This document shows, piece by piece, positions 54,001-61,237 of a stretch of 64,000 bases of DNA (its first letter is position 1; the number at the start of each line of letters is the position of its first letter). The position numbers were made by a program, and so were the translations under genes. Source of the stretch: Eledone cirrhosa (taxonomy: Eukaryota); assembly GCA_964016885.1 (NCBI GenBank), contig OZ024740.1, forward strand, positions 432,264,001 through 432,328,000. The letters are read 5' to 3'. The notes under the pieces were generated by a model. The model searched no databases. It was not told the origin of the DNA and saw nothing but the letters and a program-made list of their open reading frames with translations.

Positions 54001-55026
54001 TACCACTGTGACCATCCATCAACTACCACTGTGACCATCCATCAACTACAACTATGACAATCCATCAACTACCACTGTGACAATCCATCAACTACCACTG
54101 TGACCATCCATCAAGTACCACTGTGACCATCCATCAACTACCACTGTGACCATCCATCAACTACCACTGTGACAATCCATCAACTACCACTGTGACAATC
54201 CATCAACTACCACTGTGACAATCCATCAACTACCACTGTGACAATCCATCAACTACCACTGTGACAATCCATCAACTACCACTATGACAATCCATCAACT
54301 ACCACTGTGACCATCCATCAACTACCACTGTGACCATCCATCAACTACCACTGTGACCATCCATCAACTACCACTGTGACAATCCATCAACTACCACTGT
54401 GACAATCCATCAACTACCACTGTGACAATCCATCAACTACCACTGTGACCATCCATCAAGTACCACTGTGACCATCCATCAACTACCACTGTGACCATCC
54501 ATCAACTACCACTGTGACAATCCATCAACTACCACCGTGACAATCCATCAACTACCACTGTGACAATCCATCAACTACCACTATGACAATCCATCAACTA
54601 CCACTGTGACCATCCATCAAGTACCACTGTGACCATCCATCAACTACCACTGTGACCATCCATCAACTACCACTGTGACAATCCATCAACTACCACTGTG
54701 ACCATCCATCAACTACCACTGTGACCATCCATCAACTACCACTGTGACAATCCATCAACTACCACTGTGACAATCCATCAACTACCACTATGACAATCCA
54801 TCAACTACCACTGTGACCATCCATCAAGTACCACTGTGACCATCCATCAACTACCACTGTGACCATCCATCAACTACCACTGTGACAATCCATCAACTAC
54901 CACTGTGACCATCCATCAAGTACCACTGTGACCATCCATCAACTACCACTGTGACCATCCATCAAGTACCACTGTGACAATCCATCAACTACCAGTGACA
55001 ATCCTGCTACCACTGTGACAATCCTG
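1..55026. repeat. Giant 23-bp tandem satellite, consensus TCCATCAACTACCACTGTGACAA, about 2,400 copies, with a recurrent 20-bp variant (..TGACAATCCTGCTACCAC..). It continues beyond the left edge of the window.
   Basis: Period read directly: TCCATC at 1, 24, 47 and so on. No non-repeat insertion was seen. The array ends with degenerate units at ~54990-55026. The unit is not a multiple of 3 and has stops on both strands (TGA on +; TAG and TGA on -), consistent with no ORFs in the track. Confidence 0.98.
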
Positions 55027-55174
55027 TTCAACCATTGTTAGTTAACAACAATCTTTATTGAAAATAAATCAATAACTCTGTAAAAAATGTTTATCTTCCT
55101 CCATTTACAAAAAACTATCAATAAACAGCATAATTTAATAATCATAATAAAGGTTTCTAATTTTGGCACAAGAT

Positions 55175-55330
55175 CAGCAATTTGGAAGGAAATGGAAGTA
55201 GATTAATCTACCCCTGTATTTGACTGGTACTTTATCAACCTCAGAAGGCTGAATGGCAAAGTTGATCTTGGTGGGATGTGAACTCACAACATTGAGTACT
55301 GGAATAGTTACTGCTAAACAGTTGCCAAAC
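55175..55330 (-). mobile_element. Degraded tRNA-derived SINE with a Nin/Deu-domain-like core, resembling octopus SINEs
   Basis: The minus strand reads GAGTTCACATCCC (B-box-like), then CAACTTTGCCATTCAGCCTTCTGAGGTTGATAAAGTACCAGT, which resembles the GCCTTTCATCCTT..GGTCGATAAA..AGTACCAG core. Family assignment is from memory. Confidence 0.65.
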
Positions 55331-55370
55331 AGTAAGGACAATAACGGTTTCTTACATTTGTAAGTCATAT

Positions 55371-55473
55371 ATATGACTGGTAGATATTTTATTAGTGTTG
55401 GGGGGATGAAAGTTGAAGTCAACCCTGGTAAAACCAAATACATTTCACTCAGCACTCTACCAATTCTACCACC
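55371..55473 (-). mobile_element. Second, more decayed and internally deleted copy of the same SINE
   Basis: TGACTGGTAGATATTTTATTAG...GGATGAAAGTTGAAGTCAACCCTGG parallels TGACTGGTACTTTATCAA...GGCTGAATGGCAAAGTTGATCTTGG in the neighbouring copy. Confidence 0.5.
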
Positions 55474-55604
55474 TTAATAAAATTAATGTATTACTTGTTT
55501 AGATAACAATGGTGTCCCAGCATTAACAGAGCCCAGAGCTAGCAAAAGAGTAATTTATAAATACTACATTGGTATAATTTACAACAGTAAACATAATCTC
55601 TTAC

Positions 55605-55799
55605 CTCCTTGAATAGCATCACTTTTGATAACACAGTTGGAGTAAAGTGGCAATAATTTCATACATTCTGGCAAAATAAGTTGACCAGCTGAGGAAGGGT
55701 TTGCACAGTTTTTTCGGTAACAATGTAGAATATGAGCGACTTGGTTAGCCATATTCTCATGGACTTGTTTTGGTGTACTGTTCAAGATGTTTCTTATAG
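55605..55799 (-). CDS. SEC24C: SEC24C/D-like internal exon D (195 nt): (A)IRNILNSTPKQVHENMANQVAHILHCYRKNCANPSSAGQLILPECMKLLPLYSNCVIKSDAIQG-G
   Basis: Part of ORF 55579..55836. Acceptor cttattacag|CT, donor GAG|gtaaga. The helical-domain signature 'CYRKNCA.PSSAGQLILPECMKLLP' is typical of SEC24C/D. Phases are consistent across all four exons. Confidence 0.96.
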
Positions 55800-55929
55800 C
55801 TGTAATAAGACATAAAACAAGACAATATGGTATCAAGTGGAATTTCTTAAAAGATTCTTCATGACACTTTAGAAAAGTTGAAAAGAGACATTTGTTAAAA
55901 TAATAATTCCAGTAGTTAGAGCAACAAAC

Positions 55930-56068
55930 CTTGTTTAGCTATGAAATTTATCAAAGAATCTAATTCACAATTCCTGAAGAGGTCGGCAAACTGTGTACAG
56001 CAGTTCAAAGAGAGATTATGAATTCTCAGTCTTCTAAAACCACCAACACTTGTGTATAATATTGCAAC
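55930..56068 (-). CDS. SEC24C: SEC24C/D-like internal exon C (139 nt): [46 protein letters not shown]
   Basis: Part of ORF 55916..56191. Acceptor tcttttcttcag|GTT, donor AAG|gtttgt. Matches the Sec24 motif '[27 protein letters not shown]'. Confidence 0.95.
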
Positions 56069-56096
56069 CTGAAGAAAAGACAGAAAAGCAAATGTT

Positions 56097-56174
56097 ACAT
56101 ATGTGTACACGTGTGTGTAAAAGTGTATACATGTGTGTGTGTGTGGATGTATACATATGTCCATGTGTATGTGT
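56097..56174. repeat. Imperfect (TG/TA)n microsatellite next to the exon C acceptor
   Basis: acatatgtgtacacgtgtgtg...atgtgtgtgtgtgtggatgtatacatatgt. Confidence 0.8.
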
Positions 56175-56249
56175 TCTAATTTGAGAAGCAACAGAATATT
56201 GATTTAAAATGGGATTAACGTTGAAAATGAAATAAAGGATGTTAAACCA

Positions 56250-56670
56250 TTATCGTCATCGTTTTAATGTCTATTTTCTATGTTTATATGGGTTGTCACA
56301 TTATGAGGCTAGACAGGACAGGTGACCATATTTTCTTTATACAATCCCAGTGTGAACTGGGAGCATTTTCTGTGTCACCAGCACTACCACTTTACAGGGT
56401 AGACTGGGTGTTTTTGTTCATGACCTCGACTCAGCACTTTTTTGTGGCACCAGCATTACCACCTTATAGAACAAACTGGGTGTTTTTTGTGGCACCAGCA
56501 CTACCACCTTACAGAGTAGACTGGGTGTTTTTTGGTATGACACCAGCACTACAGTGTCAACTGGGTACTTTTCACCATGGCACCAACTCTACCACTTTAC
56601 ATTGTGGACTGAGTGCGTTTTATCATGGTACCAGCACTACCTCATTCCAACATTAGGGTGTGAGACTGGG
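56250..56670 (-). mobile_element. Decayed minus-strand RTE-3'-end/SINE-related element containing a tandemly repeated ~45-bp module
   Basis: 56255-56295 is the reverse complement of the family tail (CCCATG..TGGAA..GAC.TTAAACGATGATGA). It is followed by 4-6 degenerate GGCACCAGCACTACCACYTTACAGNGTAGACTGGGTGTTTTT units, which are reverse-complement-related to AAAAACACAGTCCACGCTGTAATGTGG at 57661-57689. Confidence 0.6.
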
Positions 56671-56705
56671 AAGTGGTATTGATGGTAGTAAGGTGTAAAA
56701 ATTAC

Positions 56706-56851
56706 CTGAATATAAGCTCCCTCGGCAGGGTCTAGTTTATCATCATGTTTTATTTCAACTGATATAGATTGGTCACTGTCAATTGATGATAGTTCCACAT
56801 CAGTAGCGTTGGTCATGTAGAAATTTCCAAAGAAATCAACTGGTCTGATAC
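56706..56851 (-). CDS. SEC24C: SEC24C/D-like internal exon B (146 nt): (G)IRPVDFFGNFYMTNATDVELSSIDSDQSISVEIKHDDKLDPAEGAYIQ
   Basis: Part of ORF 56637..56870. Acceptor ttttgcag|GTATC, donor CAG|gtaatt. Matches the Sec24 beta-sandwich 'GIR.VDFFG.FYM.N.TDVEL...D.D....VE.KHDD.L'. Confidence 0.95.
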
Positions 56852-56910
56852 CTGCAAAAATAAATTTCATATATTCTTTAAATAATCCTAAAATAAATAA
56901 TAAAAATATA

Positions 56911-57894
56911 GTAGAAATAGTGGACAGCTTCCGTTACCTGGGTGACAAAATTAGCAGTGGGAGAGGGTGCTCTGAAAGTACAGTAGCTCGAGTCAGAACT
57001 GGGTGGAAAAAGTTCAGAGAGCTTATACCACTATTAGCCGCTAAAGGGTTCTCCCTAAAAATGAAAGGCAGGTTGTACGATGCCTGCATACGAACAGCAA
57101 TGTTGCATGGCAGTGAGACCTGGGCATTGTGTGCAGAGGATATACGCAGACTAGAGAGAAACGAAGCTTGCATGCTCCGCTGGATGTGTAATAGTAATAT
57201 ACGTGAACGACAAAGCATAAACGAACTAAGGAAAAAATTAGAAATAAGAGGGATCAGATGTTGTTTACTCGAGAGAAGGCTACGTTGGTATGGTCACGTG
57301 ATGCGCATGAAGGACGATAGCTGTATAACAAAGTGCAGGGCAATAAAGATAGACGGTAGCCACGGAATAGGCAGACCCAGAAAAACCTGGGACGAGCTGA
57401 TAAACTCCGACCTCACACACTTACACCTCACCAAGACAATGTCACTGGACCGAGACCTTTGGCGGTACTCAGTAATAGAGAAGACCCGCCTTACCTAAAT
57501 ACAAAGTAAAACCTGCTACAGTCAGTAGGCATCTCTAACAAAATACAGCCCCGTCCCACTACCCCCACCCCATCCACACCACCCCGTTCTATGTAAAGTT
57601 ATGTTGGTGCCACACCATCCAGGCCGAAACAAATGAGATTGTGTAGGTGTCACGACAAAAAAAAACACACAGTCCACGCTGTAATGTGGCCATGTAGGCA
57701 ACACGGTAAAAACCTCCCAGACCCACACTGTAAATGTGGTTGGTGTTAGGAAGGGCATCCAACTGTAGAAAACCCGCCAGACAGTCCTATGCGAGCAAGA
57801 CAATCACTCTTGCCTCAAGTGGGAAAACCCCCGTCCAAACCCATGCAAGCGTGGAACACGGACATTAAACGTTGATGATGATGATGATGATGAT
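56911..57894 (+). mobile_element. 5'-truncated RTE-clade non-LTR retrotransposon (RT C-terminus, 3' UTR and (GAT)7 tail), antisense to SEC24
   Basis: ORF motifs FRYLG, R..GW.KF, 'KG.LY.ACIR.AML.GSETW', 'RRLRWYGHV.RM' and 'GRPRKTW'. Stop at 57498, then a ~400-nt 3' UTR with AGGAAGGGCATCC and a GAT-repeat tail at 57874-57894. Confidence 0.9.
56920..57498 (+). pseudogene. Uninterrupted 192-codon C-terminal fragment of the RTE reverse transcriptase ORF
   Basis: ORF track. It starts at 'VDSFRYLG', downstream of the catalytic YADD motif, so it cannot be a functional RT. Confidence 0.88.
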
Positions 57895-58054
57895 AGTCAG
57901 CAAACAATGAATTTTAACTTTAATATTTTCAAAAGTATAAAGAATTAAAATATATGACAAGATTTTGAAAAAAACCTAAATTATTTTAATCATAAAATTA
58001 TTTTTCTCCAGCAGTTCTAGGGTAAAATATTTCAAGTGTCTCAAGAAACTGTAC

Positions 58055-58151
58055 CTGTGCTTGTTCTAACTCGAATAATGGCATCAAATGCTGCAATTTG
58101 ACAGACATTTCTCTTTAAATCATTCATGAATCGTTCTCCATCTTGTTCAGC
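58055..58151 (-). CDS. SEC24C: SEC24C/D-like protein transport protein, internal exon A (97 nt): AEQDGERFMNDLKRNVCQIAAFDAIIRVRTST-G
   Basis: Manual translation; this exon is not in the ORF track. Acceptor ttattttgaag|GCT, donor ACAG|gtacag. It matches the Sec24 motif 'ERF..DL.R.V....FDA..RVRTSTG' and splices in phase 1 to exon B. The C versus D paralogue cannot be resolved. Confidence 0.92.
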
Positions 58152-58222
58152 CTTCAAAATAAAGTGACAAATACTAATTAGCTTTTAAATGATATGACTT
58201 ATTACAATATTCAAAGTTAAAT

Positions 58223-58421
58223 AGTACCAACATTTATATAAGTAGTACTGACATTTATATAAGGAATACCAACATTTATATAAGGAATACCAACATTTAT
58301 ATAAGAGGTACCAACATTTATATAAGGAATACCAACATTTATATAAGGAATACCAACATTTATATAAGAGGTACCAAAATTTATATAAGTAGTACCAACA
58401 TTTATATAAGGAGTACCAACA
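58223..58421. repeat. 21-bp AT-rich minisatellite (TACCAACATTTATATAAGGAA), about 9.5 copies
   Basis: Read directly. It explains the spurious CWYSLYK-repeat ORF 58185..58445. Confidence 0.93.
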
Positions 58422-58737
58422 ATTATGGTTCTCTAACCCTACCATTGTTATTACATCCTCTCATCTAACAAGTTGCCACTTCCATCCATCCATCCATATG
58501 ATATACCTACTTCCTCTGCTCTCATTATCTCTAGACTGTCCCAATCCCCATCTCAAAACAATTTGCTAAACCTCCCTTCTCTCCACACACAGCTGCCACT
58601 CTCAGAAATCCTGTCCCTAACCAGGTTTTTCCAACAGACATTAACTTGCAGAAGTCCACGTTAGAAATAAACTATATCAATCACATCAGTTTAGGAGGGG
58701 CTGCAAAGATGCTGCAACTAAATGTCATTAATATATA

Positions 58738-60328
58738 CTGCTACATGACATGGATGTCCAGCTACAGTGATGCTATATGACATGGCTGTCCAGCTATAGT
58801 GATGCTACATGACATGGCTGTCCAGCTACAGTCATGCTACATGACATGGTTGTCCAGCTAGTGGTGCTACATGACATGGCCATGTCCCAGCTACAGTGAA
58901 GCTACATGACATGGCTGTCCAGCTACAGTGATGCTACATGACATGGCCCAGCTACAGTGATGCTACATGACATGGCCATGGCCCAGCTACAGTGATGCTA
59001 CATGACATGGCCATGGCCCAGCTACAGTACAGTGATGCTACATGACATGGCTGTCCAGCTACAGTGAAGCTACATGACATGGCTGTCCAGCTACAGTGAT
59101 GCTACATGGGTGTCCAGCTAGTGATGCTACATGACATGGCTGTCCAGCTACATGACATGGTTGTCCAGCTAGTGATGCTACATGACATGGCCATGTCCCA
59201 GTTACAGTGATGCTACATGACATGGCTGTAGAGATACAGTGATGCTACATGACATGGCCATATGCCCAGCTACAGTGATGCTACATGACATGGCTGTCTA
59301 GCTACAGTGATGCTACATGACATGGCTGTCCAGCTACAGTGAAGCTACATGACATGGCTGTCCAGCTACAGTGAAGCTACATGACAGGGCTGTCCAGCTA
59401 CAGTGATGCTACATGACATGGCCATGGCCCAGCAAGTGATGCTACATGACATGGCTGTCTAGCTACAGTGATGCTACATGACATGGCTGTCCAGCTACAG
59501 TGAAGCTACATGATATGGCTGTCCAGCTACAGTGATGCTACATGGCTGTCCAGCTACATGACATGGTTGTCCAGCTAGTGATGCTACATGGCATGGCCAG
59601 GTCCCAGCTACAGTGATGCCACATGACATGGCTGTCCAGCTACAGTGATGCTACATGACATGGCCCAGCTATGTTGATGCTACATGACATGGCCATGACC
59701 CAGCTACAGTAGAGTGATGCTACATGACATGGCCATGTCCCAGCTACAGTGATGCTACATGACATGGCTGTCCAACTACAGTGAAGCTACATGACATGGC
59801 TGTCCAGCTACAGTGAAGCTACATGACATGGCTGTCCAGCTACAGTGATGCTACATGACATGGCTGTCCAGCTACAGTGATGCTACATGACATGGCCATG
59901 ACCCAGCTACGGTAAAGTGATGCTACATGACATGGCCATTGCCCAGCTACAGTAGAGTGATGCTACATGACATGGCCATGTCCCAGCTACAGGACATGGC
60001 TGTCCAGCTACAGTGATGCTACATGACATGGCTGTCTAGCTACAGTGATGCTACATGACATGGCTGTCCAGCTACAGTGATGCTACATGACATGGCCATG
60101 ACCCAGCTACGGTAAAGTGATGCTACATGACATGGCCATTGCCCAGCTACAGTAGAGTGATGCTACATGATATGGCTGCCCAGCTACATTATTGCTACAT
60201 GGCCACCCAGCTACAATAGAGTGATGCTACATGACATGGTTGTCCAGCTAGTGATGCTACATGCCATGGCTGTCCAGCTACAGTGAAGCTACATGACATG
60301 GCCATGGTCCACCTACAGTGATGCTACC
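58738..60328. repeat. ~32-bp minisatellite (GCTACATGACATGGCTGTCCAGCTACAGTGAT) with a 35-bp variant (..GGCCATGTCCCAG..) and deletion variants, roughly 48 copies
   Basis: Read directly; the unit length is heterogeneous. Confidence 0.93.
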
Positions 60329-60412
60329 ATAACACAACATATTGTGTCTATGATTACATCATATAAACCATTATATGATGTAATCTATCAAGTATTTATA
60401 TTGATACAGCAA

Positions 60413-60697
60413 TATAGAAATAAGTTGGAAACTGAAACAAAAGGAACAGGTGAATGCCATCAATGTCAACAGTAAGTCAGGTAAAAATACTACTAACGAC
60501 AGGAAACAGTAGCTAGTGATTGCTGGATGTTTCATCTTCCTTTCACCCACCTCACAACTTTTCATCTCTCCGTAGCCATCACTGTCCACTCTTTTCCGCC
60601 CTTAGAGGTATTTTTACCCAACATCCATACTGTTGTCATTGACGACACCTGTTTTAACAGCTCTTCCTTGTCTTTCAGTTTCCAACTTATATCTATA
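60413..60697. repeat. Imperfect inverted repeat (arms 60413-60524 and 60574-60697, ~50-nt loop)
   Basis: The outer 25 nt match at 24/25 (TATAGAAATAAGTTGGAAACTGAAA). The inner ungapped 48-nt block matches at 35/48. The opposite-strand ORFs 60371..60589 and 60527..60730 share the peptides VFLP and FSFQLISI. Confidence 0.88.
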
Positions 60698-60745
60698 AAT
60701 TTCAAATACACTCATGCTTCCTTTCAATAATTTTTAAAACACATA

Positions 60746-61040
60746 AAGCACCTCTTAACCACTACCCCTACTCCCCCTCCACTCCAACAAACACCACCCT
60801 TTCTCTGTAAAGTTATGTTGGTAACACAACATCCAGTCCAAAATAAATGAGGTCGTGTAGGTGTCACGACAAAAAAAACACAGTCCACGCTGTAATGTGG
60901 TTGGTGTTAGGAAGGGCATTCAGCCGTAGAAAACTTGCCAGATAGTCCTATACGAACGAGACATGGTCACCCAAGTAAGACAACTCCCGTCTAAACCCAT
61001 GCTAGCGTGGAAGATAGACGTTAAACGATAATGATGATGA
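60746..61040 (+). mobile_element. Second copy of the RTE 3' UTR and tail (heavily truncated LINE or non-autonomous derivative)
   Basis: Colinear with ~57530-57894: TGTAAAGTTATGTTGGT, GTGTAGGTGTCACGACAAAAAAAA, CAGTCCACGCTGTAATGTGG, TTGGTGTTAGGAAGGGCAT, AAACCCATGC, TTAAACGATAATGATGATGA. Confidence 0.88.
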
Positions 61041-61142
61041 ATGTTTACATATTATAGCCAGACTTCCCTCATAGTGGGACCACCCAACTCCTAAACTATG
61101 GTTCTGCTGTAAGCAGGGTACAGCTTGTCCCTCCTCATAATC

Positions 61143-61196
61143 CAGTCCCACACTGTAAAACATGGTTGGTGTTAGGGAGGGCATCCAGCTGTAAAA
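61143..61196 (+). mobile_element. Third short fragment of the same conserved 3'-UTR core
   Basis: CAGTCCCACACTGTAAAACATGGTTGGTGTTAGGGAGGGCATCCAGCTGTAAAA. Confidence 0.75.
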
Positions 61197-61237
61197 GTTT
61201 CAATTAAAATACAGTTCCGTCTAAGCAAGGTACAGCG

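Larger units (their letters stand above)
1..55604 (-). other. Giant intron of the SEC24C/D-like gene (>55.6 kb; its 3' end is outside the window)
   Basis: A strong donor (gtaaga) follows exon D. The rest of the helical domain and the gelsolin-like C-terminal domain of Sec24 are not encoded anywhere in 1-55604. Confidence 0.8.

Noticed and set aside
1-55026. Mucin-like Thr/Ser/Pro-rich coding repeat (reads PSTTTVTIHQLPL)
   Set aside because: The 23-bp period shifts frame, so every frame hits a stop about every 69 nt on both strands. No ORFs are in the track.
1-55026. CRISPR array or telomerase-type telomeric repeat
   Set aside because: The repeats are head-to-tail with no unique spacers and no cas genes, in a spliced-gene context. 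There is no TTAGGG-like unit, and the gene must continue beyond the array.
55174-55455. 93-aa ORF as the next Sec24 exon
   Set aside because: It overlaps SINE remnants and has no resemblance to the expected following Sec24 sequence (..DDR......FYPRL..).
56267-56656. 129-aa ORF with APALPPYR repeats
   Set aside because: It is an antisense translation of the tandem retro-element module.
56934-57803. Minus-strand ORFs 56934..57218 and 57522..57803
   Set aside because: They are shadows of the RTE ORF and its 3' UTR.
58185-58445. CWYSLYK-repeat ORF
   Set aside because: It is a by-product of the 21-bp minisatellite, with no Sec24 similarity or convincing splice context.
58440-58735. Pyrimidine/C-rich unique stretch with a 63-aa ORF, possibly an old transposon remnant
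   Set aside because: No recognisable motif, tail or terminal repeat was found by eye. A repeat-library search would be needed.
60293-60730. Short ORFs, or the upstream Sec24 exon
   Set aside because: The expected trunk motifs (VDLFLFP..Y.D.A......TGG) are absent. The shared peptides are explained by the inverted repeat.
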